A DNA stretch of 63,861 nucleotides, filler included, from Lama guanicoe (GCA_013239625.1; 155 parts of 155 records of this genome joined end to end with filler, not necessarily neighbours in it); one strand, 5' to 3'. Shown: positions 23,231 to 35,491, counted from the first letter of the whole stretch. Numbers and translations are program-made. Notes: generated by a model from the letters alone, not told the origin.

Positions 23231-23506
23231 TACAGTTGGCTCACTGCCCTTCTGGTTCCAATGGAAACCAAAAGTGGATAGAAATATAGTTGCATGATTA
23301 AACGTCAACCTTAGGGCTGGCAAGCTTTACATCAGGCAGAGTGGCTCATGTTTCTGTTTCAAAATCCATAAAATGTACANNNNNNNNNNNNNNNNNNNNN
23401 NNNNNNNNNNNNNNNNNNNNNNNTTAATTAATTAANNNNNNNNNNNNNNNNNNNNNNNNNNNNNNNNNNNNNNNNNNNNGTACATTTACTTCTTACCTCA
23501 TACACA

Positions 23507-23566
23507 TGCAAGTTATTGTGAACTTTGATTTGGGTCCCATGGCCTACTCACTTAAGACTGCCGACA
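23507..23566. mobile_element. 60-bp repeat terminus, probable LTR end (copy 1)
   Basis: 52/60 identical to 23895-23954. Similarity ends sharply at ...ctgccgaCA. Confidence 0.65.
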
Positions 23567-23894
23567 AATGTCCAGCTCATAATAGTCATCTAGTAAGTAT
23601 TTGCTGAATTAATTCGTTAAAAATGAGGTTGTTTTAATCTTAAGTAGTTAAAACAGCACATATGCTCTTAACAATTACTTGGAATAAACTGTGTGATAAA
23701 TCTCACTTACTTGACTGTCTCTATTTATAATGGTAAACGTGTCAGCAGGATGTGATCAAATGATGGCCTCTAATGTTCTGACGCATTAGTGNNNNNNNNN
23801 NNNNNNNNNNNNNNNNNNNNNNNNNNNNNNNNNNNTTAATTAATTAANNNNNNNNNNNNNNNNNNNNNNNNNNNNNNNNNNNNNNNNNNNNAGG

Positions 23895-23954
23895 TGCAAG
23901 CTATTGTGAACTTTGGCCTGGGCCCCACGGCCTACTCACTCAAGGCTGCCGACA
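23895..23954. mobile_element. 60-bp repeat terminus, probable LTR end (copy 2)
   Basis: Matches 23507-23566; the downstream flanks are unrelated. Confidence 0.65.
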
Positions 23955-24715
23955 CCTAATATAGCTTTTCAGAAGGTAAAAGCAGATTCTCGAATGTGTG
24001 CCCCTGTTACAGACTCAAAAATCCAAATCAATTCTTATTAACACTCAAGACCTGTCAACATTTATAAATTAAATTCATTTTTTAATGATACATGGAACAC
24101 TTGCCTGTACATAGGCTGGGTGAGCATGTGAAAATTATATCCAGCTGAATCCGTGAGAAACACAGATATGGATGAGTGAACAATCAAGCCTGCCAATCTA
24201 CACNNNNNNNNNNNNNNNNNNNNNNNNNNNNNNNNNNNNNNNNNNNNTTAATTAATTAANNNNNNNNNNNNNNNNNNNNNNNNNNNNNNNNNNNNNNNNN
24301 NNNGACAGTGATGGAAGTTTTGTGAGCCAAGAGGAAGGCAGCTGAAAAGGACGAGAAAAATCATCATGAGTGTTTTCCACTCCTTCAAGTCATTAAAATT
24401 GGCTAAAACTATTGAGAGTGATTTTTCATTGAAATGGCTCCTCCTACTGTAACCTGTCAAAATAATGGTTTCCTTTCTTTCTTGGTTTTTAAGTGTTACA
24501 CTGAAGCAAGGTAAGTTTATTCAGAATCACGACAGTGCCGATGTTTCTAGAAGCATTCACGCTCTCGGGTGTTCCTTTCTCTGGTGGTAGAACTTAAAAG
24601 AGAACTTTTTTTTTTNNNNNNNNNNNNNNNNNNNNNNNNNNNNNNNNNNNNNNNNNNNNTTAATTAATTAANNNNNNNNNNNNNNNNNNNNNNNNNNNNN
24701 NNNNNNNNNNNNNNN

Positions 24716-25027
24716 TCTTTGAGTTTTATGTTTTTTGCTTTGTTTTGTTTGTTTAGATTTCCACGTATAAATGAATCATACAGTTTTTATCTTTTCCCGT
24801 CTGACATATTTCACTTAGCATAATGCTCTCAAGGTCCATCCATGTTGTTGCAAGTGGCAAGATGTCCTCCTTTTATGGCTGAATAATAGTCCATCATATA
24901 TTCATACCACTTTAAAAAAATAATAGCCATCCTAATGATTGTGAGATGATCTCTCATATGGTTTTGATTTGCTTTTCCTGATTAGTGATGTTGAGCATCT
25001 TTTCATGTGTTTGTTGACAAGTTTAGT
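24716..25027 (-). mobile_element. L1 3' region (L1MA-like), antisense
   Basis: atttcacttagcataatgctctcaaggtccatccatgttgttgcaagtggcaagat and gattagtgatgttgagcatcttttcatgtg. Confidence 0.9.
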
Positions 25028-25539
25028 NNNNNNNNNNNNNNNNNNNNNNNNNNNNNNNNNNNNNNNNNNNNTTAATTAATTAANNNNNNNNNNNNNNNNN
25101 NNNNNNNNNNNNNNNNNNNNNNNNNNNTATGGTTAAAACTCCTTAATTATCTTGGGCTTAAAATTTCTATCCATGTGTCTCCAAAATGAGGGCAAACTAT
25201 ATTTAGTACTGGGAGGAATAATATTCTAGAAATACTTGGATTGAAATTCTCAATTTTGATGGCATTTCTCAGGTTTTTTTCTATATCCAGTCCAAACCCA
25301 TTAAAATCACAAAAGTATGATATTTTAAATTTATAAAGTTTTTCTGAAATGAATCAAATTTATGAAAATTTTCTAAAATGAAAAAGTTCTATGAAAAATT
25401 TAGAATTCTGAATTGTTTTCAAAATAATTTAGAAAAAAANNNNNNNNNNNNNNNNNNNNNNNNNNNNNNNNNNNNNNNNNNNNTTAATTAATTAANNNNN
25501 NNNNNNNNNNNNNNNNNNNNNNNNNNNNNNNNNNNNNNN

Positions 25540-25851
25540 TGCAGGCCATCTCAGAAGGCAAGAGAGAGTGACCACGGGGTGGGGAGTTGTTAGTTTTTAT
25601 AGGCTTGGTAATTTCATATGCTAATGAGCAGGAGGATTATTCCAACTACTTTGGGGAAGGGGCGGGGATTTCTAGGAATTGAGCTCCACCCACTTTTTGA
25701 TCTTTATGGTCAGCCTAGGAACTATCATGGCCCTATGGCTGTGCCTTGAGGCTCAAGGTCAACTGGAAGTCAAGTCTTCTGCCATCTTGGTTCTGACCAG
25801 TCTGTCCTGTCCTCAGTTGCTGTGTCATTCCTTCAGTGGTTGTGCCCTGCC
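25540..25851 (-). mobile_element. ERV1 LTR fragment, MER41-like
   Basis: gtttttatag...atatgctaatgagcaggaggattattccaactactttggggaaggggcggggatttctaggaatt...ctgccatcttgg resembles laurasiatherian MER41-like LTRs. GAS-type TTCTAGGAA at 25670-25678. Confidence 0.65.
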
Positions 25852-26777
25852 NNNNNNNNNNNNNNNNNNNNNNNNNNNNNNNNNNNNNNNNNNNNTTAAT
25901 TAATTAANNNNNNNNNNNNNNNNNNNNNNNNNNNNNNNNNNNNNNNNNNNNTCACCGACACGGTTTGCCTCAGAATCTCCCCTTCCAGGAAAAGCCTTCT
26001 CCAAAGCAGACTGAAGGATCGTGCAAAGCCACAAAAAATATTCTCTCTGACAAAGGGTCAGGAGGAGCCAGGGCCTGCCCACCCTTCAGAGGGGGCTCAG
26101 CCTGGGGCTGCCCGCACCTGGTTGCCCCAGTGCAGGAATTTATCCTCCTCGGAGGCCGGGAAGCCCAGGGCAGCGGGTGTGATAAGCAGCGGGTGTTCCT
26201 GGAGCTAGCTGGGGGGAGGCAGGGGGGCTCTGAGCTCGGCCCCCACCGGCCTGGTTCACCCCCTNNNNNNNNNNNNNNNNNNNNNNNNNNNNNNNNNNNN
26301 NNNNNNNNTTAATTAATTAANNNNNNNNNNNNNNNNNNNNNNNNNNNNNNNNNNNNNNNNNNNNACAGTAACCAATGTAAAGGAGAGCAAGATAGGGCAG
26401 GAAACCGCTAGAATAGAGAAGCAAATATATGTGAAACCACAACCCAAGTTTTACATGAACCTAACCAATAGCCTTCAAGAAGTGAAAAATATACTACTAC
26501 GTAGCTGTGAAATGCATAAAAGACTTTCATCTGATAAATTGTCATCCAACTTAATACTGGATGTTTTCATCAAGTTGTTGCAAACAGTTCTCCCATAACA
26601 CTGGTTACATGTGGAAAATCCCCACAACGAGGCATGCCAACCAAGTTACTGATGTGCCTTATTTCTCTGCCTTCCAGNNNNNNNNNNNNNNNNNNNNNNN
26701 NNNNNNNNNNNNNNNNNNNNNTTAATTAATTAANNNNNNNNNNNNNNNNNNNNNNNNNNNNNNNNNNNNNNNNNNNN

Positions 26778-26934
26778 CACGAGGCGGGGGCGGTGGGGGC
26801 GCGTGGCGCGCTCTGATTGGAGGGCTTGGAGTCGGGCGGGGCTACGGGCACGCCGCCGCCGCCGGGTTCCCGCCGTCGCCGGTTCCCGCCGCTCTGACCG
26901 GCGGTTGAGGCGGCGCGGACGCCGGGTTGCGAGC
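26778..26934 (+). promoter_or_regulatory. TDRD9: TDRD9 CpG-island proximal promoter / 5' UTR
   Basis: CpG-dense. GC boxes at ~26781-26795 and 26834-26841, inverted CCAAT (ATTGG 26816-26820), E2F-like TGGCGCGC at 26804-26811. Lies directly upstream of the ATG. Confidence 0.75.
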
Positions 26935-27090
26935 ATGCTGCGCAAGCTCACCCTCGACCAGATCAACGACTGGTTCACCATCGGCAAGACCGTGACCGAT
27001 GTGGAGCTGCTGGGCTCGCCGCCCGTCCTCCCGGCCGACGCGGCCAGGGATGAGGCACAGCGCAGGGACGCGGCCCCCGGCGTCGGCCCC
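26935..27090 (+). CDS. TDRD9: Tudor domain-containing 9 (piRNA-pathway DExH RNA helicase), first coding exon, truncated by the contig end
   Basis: MLRKLTLDQINDWFTIGKTVTDVELLGSPPVLPADAARDEAQRRDAAPGVGP closely matches the recalled human TDRD9 N-terminus MLRKLTIEQINDWFTIGKTVTNVELLGAPPAFPAGAAREEVQRQDVAPGAGP. Confidence 0.92.
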
Positions 27091-27190
27091 NNNNNNNNNN
27101 NNNNNNNNNNNNNNNNNNNNNNNNNNNNNNNNNNTTAATTAATTAANNNNNNNNNNNNNNNNNNNNNNNNNNNNNNNNNNNNNNNNNNNN

Positions 27191-27375
27191 GGGGAGTGAC
27201 TGTTAAAGGGCACAGAGTTTCTTTTAGGAGTGATGAAAATGTTCTGAAATTAGACAGTGGTGATGATGGTTGCACGACTCTGTGAATATATAAGAAAAAT
27301 CATTAACTCACACACTTTAAAAGACAAAACTTTATAGTAGGTGAATTATATCTTGATAAAGCTATTTTTTTTTAA
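27191..27375 (+). mobile_element. Old L1 (L1MB/L1MC-like) 3' end
   Basis: ggggagtgactgttaaagggcacagagtttctttt...gatgaaaatgttctgaaattagacagtggtgatg...gtgaattatatcttgataaagct. Confidence 0.9.
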
Positions 27376-29253
27376 ATTTAAAGGAGGTATCTGTTGCCAG
27401 TCAATGCAATCGGTATTCCTGAGCCCTACCGGGCATCGTTCTAGTCGTCAGATTTACTCTGAAAAAGCAAACAAGTTCTTTCCTGCTGGCCTTTATTTTC
27501 TAANNNNNNNNNNNNNNNNNNNNNNNNNNNNNNNNNNNNNNNNNNNNTTAATTAATTAANNNNNNNNNNNNNNNNNNNNNNNNNNNNNNNNNNNNNNNNN
27601 NNNTAACTCCAGAAGGGCTCGAGTTCCTCTCCAACAGTCTTCTTCATCTGGACTGGCTAGTCACAAATCGCCCACATGTGGGAGCAGGGCGCAGTTCAGT
27701 GTTTCCCCAGGGAATCTTACAAGGTCTGCAGCTACTGCCTCTGTTTTTACCCCTTGGGGAAGGCGCATCCAAGTCAGTTGGGTTTTTCTCCCTGTATGAG
27801 GATCCTCCCATTCAAATGCAAATATGGGTTGGCTCACAGGAGAGGGTCAAAGGCAGAAGAAAGCACCTTTAAGGTCCAGACATGTGAACCATCTGGCACT
27901 TGTGGGAATGAGGCCNNNNNNNNNNNNNNNNNNNNNNNNNNNNNNNNNNNNNNNNNNNNTTAATTAATTAANNNNNNNNNNNNNNNNNNNNNNNNNNNNN
28001 NNNNNNNNNNNNNNNCCAGCAACATCAAGATTTGTGAACACACACATGGCAGAGATGAATCTGGTATCAGAGCTGATTGTCAGCACTCCCACAGCAGGAG
28101 TGGATCCAGGGGTGGGTCCAGCTGCAGCAAAATTTGTTGTCACACACAAGGAGTGGTGGGTAGCTTTACTGAATCACACAGCCCTGATGTACAGTCCCTG
28201 GGATGGAATATGCAGAGGCTCCTTTCCCAGCAGGAGTACTCCAATTCTGCCTATCTCACACCTCACCTTGGAGCTGGAGCTGGGGCTTCTACTCCAATAA
28301 CTAGGTAGCAGATTCCAACCTGACAGGANNNNNNNNNNNNNNNNNNNNNNNNNNNNNNNNNNNNNNNNNNNNTTAATTAATTAANNNNNNNNNNNNNNNN
28401 NNNNNNNNNNNNNNNNNNNNNNNNNNNNTGGGCACTGGGACCTTTCCTGCCTAACATGCCAGGAGCCTTAAGAGGGAAGACAAGACACTTCCTGAGTCCA
28501 TGATGCCCAGAGGCTGATCTCAGCGAGAGGCCCAGCACACACTCTGGGCCAAATCCTAGCTCTGTCCTGAGTCACTCTGTCCTCTCTGACTCAGTTCTTC
28601 TGCCCACATGGGGCTGGAACCAGCAGCCACTTTGCAAGGTTCTAAGGAACCTCCAGGATCCTGGAAGCAGTGCCCTCACTCAGGGAGCACTCTGGGGTCA
28701 GCTTCCATTGTCTCCTTATCTTTTCCTCACCTCTTTGCTGNNNNNNNNNNNNNNNNNNNNNNNNNNNNNNNNNNNNNNNNNNNNTTAATTAATTAANNNN
28801 NNNNNNNNNNNNNNNNNNNNNNNNNNNNNNNNNNNNNNNNAAAGGTGATCTTTGGCATAGACTCATACTTTCATACTTTAAAGGCATTAATATTGCATTT
28901 GTATCAAGTAAGCAACTATACAAAGATGCTGAGGGCCTTGAAAATAATCTTCATCAGTTAAAAGGAATAGAGGAAGCCTGAGTGTACAGTACCAACTTAA
29001 GATAAGGTTTACACATTCGATGTTAGGATCTAACACACACTGGAGGTGGGAAGGAAGAACATTCAGGCAAGGGTTCTTACTACTTTACTCATCCAGTTCT
29101 GGCTTTGGGAAGAAATATAGTTTCATGTGCTGGGGAATGCTTAGACAGCAGTGNNNNNNNNNNNNNNNNNNNNNNNNNNNNNNNNNNNNNNNNNNNNTTA
29201 ATTAATTAANNNNNNNNNNNNNNNNNNNNNNNNNNNNNNNNNNNNNNNNNNNN

Positions 29254-29566
29254 AAAATTGCAATTAACCAGATAAGAAATTCAAAGGAATGGTCATAAAG
29301 TTGCTCACCAAATGTGGGAAAGGACAGGTGAACACTTCAACAAAGAGACAGAAAATATAAGAAAATGTAAGACATCACCGAGCTGAAGAATACAATAACT
29401 GACCTGAAAAATACACAAGAGGGGCTCAACAACATACTAAATGAAGCAGAAGAAGAGATCAGCGATCTGGAAGACAGAGCAATGGAACTCACCAGAACAG
29501 AACAGCAAAAAGAAAAAAAGAGTTTTTAAAAAGTGATGAAAGCTTAAAGAACTTGTGGAATGACAC
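29254..29566 (+). mobile_element. L1 ORF1 coiled-coil region, degenerate
   Basis: Encodes ITELKNTITDLKNTQEGLNNILNEAEEEISDLEDRAMELTRTEQQKEK. Confidence 0.9.
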
Positions 29567-30905
29567 NNNNNNNNNNNNNNNNNNNNNNNNNNNNNNNNNN
29601 NNNNNNNNNNTTAATTAATTAANNNNNNNNNNNNNNNNNNNNNNNNNNNNNNNNNNNNNNNNNNNNGGGGGCAGTGAGAAAAAAGCCTGGCCAGCCCTCG
29701 AGTCAAAACAGGTGACACAGGGCGTGAGCGTGAGAGCCCGGGCTGGTCTGCTGGTGGGAGATTCTAGAGGGGGACACAAGCCAAGGGCCTGAGTCAACCG
29801 CCAAGGCCTGAACAGTGGCCCCGCCCAGCCTGTCCCACGGTCTCCACGGTGGTCTCCCATGGGGGCGCCCCCTGGAGCTCTTGATGCTTCTGAAGGCGTC
29901 AAGGTCCCAAGGTTCCTTGGAGATGCTCTGTCACCCATGATGTGCCAGGAAGACCCTCCTGAGACTGAAGATTCAGGAANNNNNNNNNNNNNNNNNNNNN
30001 NNNNNNNNNNNNNNNNNNNNNNNTTAATTAATTAANNNNNNNNNNNNNNNNNNNNNNNNNNNNNNNNNNNNNNNNNNNNCCACTGCTCCCTATTGATAGG
30101 AGTGGTGGACAGAAACAACTTCAAAACTAATTACTCTGCCGCTCAAGATGTAGGAAGGGTGTGGCTGTATTACCCAATGAAGCATCTAATGAGAGCCCTA
30201 AAAAGACCAGGGGAGAGTGAAGGTAATTCCTCAACCTCAGCTGTGCCACGTCCCACATTCATCAAAGAAACTGAAAAATTCCTCTGAAGAGAAACACAGG
30301 AACCATGACGATTATCCATTATGTACATTTTGATAACCTCTCCCAAATAATTAATTCTTCCAACTTTACTTTATATACTGTTTTAGTACTTTNNNNNNNN
30401 NNNNNNNNNNNNNNNNNNNNNNNNNNNNNNNNNNNNTTAATTAATTAANNNNNNNNNNNNNNNNNNNNNNNNNNNNNNNNNNNNNNNNNNNNTTTTTTGC
30501 AGCCGCAACTACGGCAGTGGTTTTTAAGCAAATGAATCACAATACGTGGTGAAAGTGAAAAGGAGTAATTAAAGAACAAAGGTTGTACATTGTCTCAGGA
30601 ATGGAGTTGAACTTGGTCATCTCACCTTAGGCCCAGTTGGAGTAGAGTCAGCATATCAGACTGCCTGACCTGCCTCTTGGGAAACAAGAAAATGGACGAG
30701 GCAATCAAACACGCGAGGATTATGGGAAGAACACTTGACTGAGCAGGTGAGGGTCCTTCTCCATCCACACAGATAACTAGATTGTGAACTTGCTGATCAG
30801 GACTTNNNNNNNNNNNNNNNNNNNNNNNNNNNNNNNNNNNNNNNNNNNNTTAATTAATTAANNNNNNNNNNNNNNNNNNNNNNNNNNNNNNNNNNNNNNN
30901 NNNNN

Positions 30906-31070
30906 ACTATATTCAATATCTTGTAATAATTTATAATGGAAAAGAATCTGAAAATGAAATATATACTTATATATGTACAAACACATGTATTTATAAAAAG
31001 CTGAATCACTTTGCTGTTCACATAAAACTAACATTTTAAATCAACTATACTTGAATAAAAAAATTTTTAA
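30906..31070 (+). mobile_element. Artiodactyl L1 3' end with A-tail
   Basis: actatattcaatatcttgtaata...ctgaatcactttgctgt...aaatcaactatacttgaataaaaaaa. Confidence 0.9.
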
Positions 31071-31731
31071 AGAAAATTATATTTACTAGTTGAAAATAAA
31101 TAGCAATCTTACAAAAAGTCTGTTCATAATTAATGGTCTGGAGACCTATGTAGTATCTAATACTCAGTTGCAATGAAAGACATACAAAACAATGAACTTG
31201 ACTTATTCATTTGATTTTNNNNNNNNNNNNNNNNNNNNNNNNNNNNNNNNNNNNNNNNNNNNTTAATTAATTAANNNNNNNNNNNNNNNNNNNNNNNNNN
31301 NNNNNNNNNNNNNNNNNNGGGAAAGTGACGTAGAACAGCCTATGAGTAAATGACCCCTGTGCCCTCGGGAACTAAGACGAGATTATTTTTAAAAGTTTCA
31401 GACACGACCTTGTCACCAGTCCCCCAGAATATCCTGTCGCAGTTAATAAACCAGGCTCAATACTACCTTTCTGTCTAAAATTAAGACCACAAGACCTGAG
31501 CTAGAGGGACCCACCCCAGGACTGGCTGGAACCCTCCTTTGAGGTCCTCCTTTTTGGTCCATTTATTCTGCCACCAGCCAGCCATCCTGGCCTCATATTT
31601 TGTCAATTCAGGCTATAGAAAACACTTTATGNNNNNNNNNNNNNNNNNNNNNNNNNNNNNNNNNNNNNNNNNNNNTTAATTAATTAANNNNNNNNNNNNN
31701 NNNNNNNNNNNNNNNNNNNNNNNNNNNNNNN

Positions 31732-32044
31732 ATGCATTGTAGTGATTACTTCACTTACTTTTCATAAGTCCTGAACTGGCCTATAGTCTGTTCCTTCACC
31801 AGGAGCAACAGTGTGTTCCAAGGAGATCTGCAGTCGGTTAGGATCCCCTCTTGTCGGAGGCGCTGTATATGCTTGTGGATTCCTAGGTGGGCCTCTGGAG
31901 GCATGGGGTATGGCTTCTGTCTGACCGGGCTGGCTCCAGGTTTTAGGTCAGTCACCAGTGGTGCCTGATCATGTGCCAAGCCTGGCAGCTCGTTCTCAGC
32001 CCAGACTAATGGAAACTCTTCCAGGAGTTTGTTAGGATTTTCCT
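31732..32044 (-). mobile_element. Class I (gammaretrovirus-like) ERV pol, RT N-terminus, disrupted
   Basis: FPLVWAENELPGLAHDQAPLVTDLKPGASPVRQKPYPMPPEAHLGI...GILTDCRSPWNTLLLLVK, a frameshift, then GTDYRPVQDL*KVS. Compare MLV RT: FPQAWAE...PVSIKQYPM...SPWNTPLLPVKK...DYRPVQDLREVN. Confidence 0.93.
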
Positions 32045-32970
32045 NNNNNNNNNNNNNNNNNNNNNNNNNNNNNNNNNNNNNNNNNNNNTTAATTAATTAA
32101 NNNNNNNNNNNNNNNNNNNNNNNNNNNNNNNNNNNNNNNNNNNNGATCATGGCCTTGCAGAGATATATATTACTGTTTATGAAAGAATATCTTACTTTTG
32201 ATAAAATATATCACTGCAGTGGAGACTAGATGGATCATTAGAATTCATTTAAAAATACATAATACTGAAATAAAAGTTCCTGTTAAGACATTATCTTTTC
32301 AAAAATGGGCATTTGGGGACAGAAGGTGAAACAAAGTTCCTCCTAATTTGCAAGTTTTGTTTCTGCAAGTACTGAAGTTCAATAAAATATTTGAACTCCT
32401 CTTCATTATATTCAGTGTATTGTCACATCCATTATTTTATTTGATCATTATAATCCTNNNNNNNNNNNNNNNNNNNNNNNNNNNNNNNNNNNNNNNNNNN
32501 NTTAATTAATTAANNNNNNNNNNNNNNNNNNNNNNNNNNNNNNNNNNNNNNNNNNNNTTGTATGATTTGAAGACAGACTACATGTCATTTTATTACACTC
32601 TTGTCAATCTATAATATATCAGACTGATGCTTTATCTAAGATGCTTTTGAGTTTATATAATATATCTTGACAAATTTTACTACATATGTTATGTAAGAAA
32701 TGTGTATTTTTGTATTTGCAGAAACCGCTGCTAAATTTTAAAGTTGTTTGATTTTTCAAGGCACTGATAATGGATATGTATGAAATCATGCTATGTATTA
32801 AATGAAACACCATTCTTCAAAAGTTAACAATCCCACCAGAGTAATACTGCCCTTTGTGCAGTTGTTTTAGNNNNNNNNNNNNNNNNNNNNNNNNNNNNNN
32901 NNNNNNNNNNNNNNTTAATTAATTAANNNNNNNNNNNNNNNNNNNNNNNNNNNNNNNNNNNNNNNNNNNN

Positions 32971-33001
32971 TCAAACCTGTGTTGTTCAAGTGTCAACTGT
33001 A
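32971..33001. mobile_element. Tigger2/MER8-like terminal inverted repeat with TA target
   Basis: tcaaacctgtgttgttcaagtgtcaactg-ta. Confidence 0.65.
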
Positions 33002-35179
33002 ATTCCTCTGAAACTGTCATACTCTATGGAACCTTTTTTTCCCAAGTCCACCTCCCACTCAGTCCCCAAGGACAAAGTCTCCTCGTGGCCATGCAGCTCC
33101 AGGCGACAGAGCATCGTTCGTTCCCTTTCCATTCACCTCATTTGCCATTCTTGGCATTGACTCTGCTTTCTGGACCATCTTCATCCTCCTGGAGATGCGT
33201 GCTCCCTCCCTTCTCCTGAAGCCCCTTCACTTCACTCCTGAGTAAGGAGCTAAGACTACATTTGTGGAAGACATCATGGCGACNNNNNNNNNNNNNNNNN
33301 NNNNNNNNNNNNNNNNNNNNNNNNNNNTTAATTAATTAANNNNNNNNNNNNNNNNNNNNNNNNNNNNNNNNNNNNNNNNNNNNTATAAATTCGCCCACTC
33401 ATTAAATATTTATTGAGCAGATACTGTGTGTGAGGTCTCTTATAATGATTGTTTGTTGTCTTGCATCTGGAATACTCTGAGTTGAACCTCTAACAATGCA
33501 TTTGAAAAAGAAGTAGTCATTTCTGAAATAATTATAGCTTTAAAAGTATACGATAGCCATGTGAGAAGCACTTGGCTGTGAATTTTGTATCCTTTGCCAT
33601 CACGGAATTGACTAGGAGGCCCAGCTCAGGACTGCACAAATATGGATCAGTTTTAAAGATTCCTAAAAATAGACTTACCCTATGATCCAGCAATCCNNNN
33701 NNNNNNNNNNNNNNNNNNNNNNNNNNNNNNNNNNNNNNNNTTAATTAATTAANNNNNNNNNNNNNNNNNNNNNNNNNNNNNNNNNNNNNNNNNNNNGCCA
33801 GGCTGGTCCAGGCCCACCAGGTTGGGGACAGCAGGACACGGGGACCCCAGCTGGGGTGGGATTCCGCTCCTGCCCCTTCCCCCACTCCTGGCTGGACACA
33901 GGCGCTGCCCCCGGGGAGGGAATCACTTCAGCAGTGACCTTGCCCGCATATTCTGACGCCAACACCGCAGTTTCCCAAAATCACCCTGGGGCTTGGTGAT
34001 GCGTTGCCTGACAGCCAGGCAACAGCGTCCAGGGTCTCCTCTCTCGTGGTGGGAGGGTGACCCCAGACCAACCTCCCTGGAGACTGGGGACAAGGGGGCT
34101 CCCTCCACTNNNNNNNNNNNNNNNNNNNNNNNNNNNNNNNNNNNNNNNNNNNNTTAATTAATTAANNNNNNNNNNNNNNNNNNNNNNNNNNNNNNNNNNN
34201 NNNNNNNNNCCCCCCCACCCAGAGTGTACCAGTAGGCTGACCGCTTCTGGAAATGGCTGGCTGGCTCACGGAGCCTAGGGTACGCGCAGTGGCGTGATGT
34301 GCTGCCGGAAGCCTGAAGGAGTCACTCAGGCCGGTCGCGATGTTCGTGTGACCAGGAGGCTGACAGACTGCGCCAGGAGGGTGGCCACAGGCTCTCCCCG
34401 GGAAGGGGGAGGCTTTTTAGGATCGGTTACTGATTGAGGCTCAGGATTCTGTAAGAACCCTCCCCTGGCAGCAGCTGGTTGGCTAAGGGTAGCAGGAAGA
34501 TGTAATTATTACAGTCTTCCCANNNNNNNNNNNNNNNNNNNNNNNNNNNNNNNNNNNNNNNNNNNNTTAATTAATTAANNNNNNNNNNNNNNNNNNNNNN
34601 NNNNNNNNNNNNNNNNNNNNNNCAGACAATTAAAATGCTGTTTGCCCTAGAAAGAACGAACACTGCAGTTTCATAACGTCCTATAATTTACAAACTGTAT
34701 TCACTAATACTGTCTTCTCTTTCTAGGCATCTTAACCCGGTGGCAGACAATGAAGTGTCAGAGGTCTATAGCTCCTGAACCTAGGCTACATAAAGAAAGG
34801 CTTTCCTGTTGGAAACAACGAATCTTATACCCAGTTCACCCCTGGTACACCTCAAGCACGCTTGCTTCTACAAGGTCAACCACCCCGGTTTCTCTGATTA
34901 AGTCAGTGGGTGTCACACACCCATGGGCCTTGTTTNNNNNNNNNNNNNNNNNNNNNNNNNNNNNNNNNNNNNNNNNNNNTTAATTAATTAANNNNNNNNN
35001 NNNNNNNNNNNNNNNNNNNNNNNNNNNNNNNNNNNGAAAAGATTATTATTCATATTTTACCCCTTAAATGATTTGTTAAACATACTAACTCTGAATCTTT
35101 AGTGAAGAAATACTCTCATAACTTTCTAGAGCCATTATTGCCATTTCTTCCTTTTCTCCTATATCCAATCAATGATCAC

Positions 35180-35348
35180 TCCCTGAAACTCACTCTCCAA
35201 GCTTTAGCCAACCAGCTCCTCCATGGCCAGCCCCTAATCCGAATCGCTGGGCCCGCTTACCTGTACCACTGCGCTGGTCTTCTACAGGGGCTCCCTTGCC
35301 TACCGCCTTCACAGCAGCCAGAGGAATCTGCAAAAACATAAATCTGGT
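35180..35348 (+). mobile_element. L2 fragment
   Basis: ttacctgtaccactgcgctggtcttctacaggggctcccttgcct...cacagcagccagaggaatct...aaaacataaatctg. Confidence 0.55.
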
Positions 35349-35448
35349 NNNNNNNNNNNNNNNNNNNNNNNNNNNNNNNNNNNNNNNNNNNNTTAATTAA
35401 TTAANNNNNNNNNNNNNNNNNNNNNNNNNNNNNNNNNNNNNNNNNNNN

Positions 35449-35491
35449 CATGCTAGGCATGTGCTCCACCACTGAGCTACACCCTCCCCCC
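35449..35491 (-). mobile_element. 5' head of a tRNA-derived SINE resembling camelid vic-1
   Basis: Reverse complement reads ggggagggtgtagctcagtggtggagcacatgcctagcatg, with the Pol III A-box TAGCTCAGTGG. The contig begins inside the element. Confidence 0.75.

Noticed and set aside
26803..26934. Arg-rich N-terminal extension of TDRD9 from the GTG at 26803
   Set aside because: Homology starts at ATG 26935. The upstream open frame is expected by chance in GC-rich UTR or promoter sequence.
26778..29566. Functional link between TDRD9 (an L1 silencer) and nearby L1 fragments
   Set aside because: Adjacency results only from sorting by contig length.
30493..30560. Possible terminal exon after ttttttgcag
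   Set aside because: All frames close within a few codons, and none of the peptides is recognisable.
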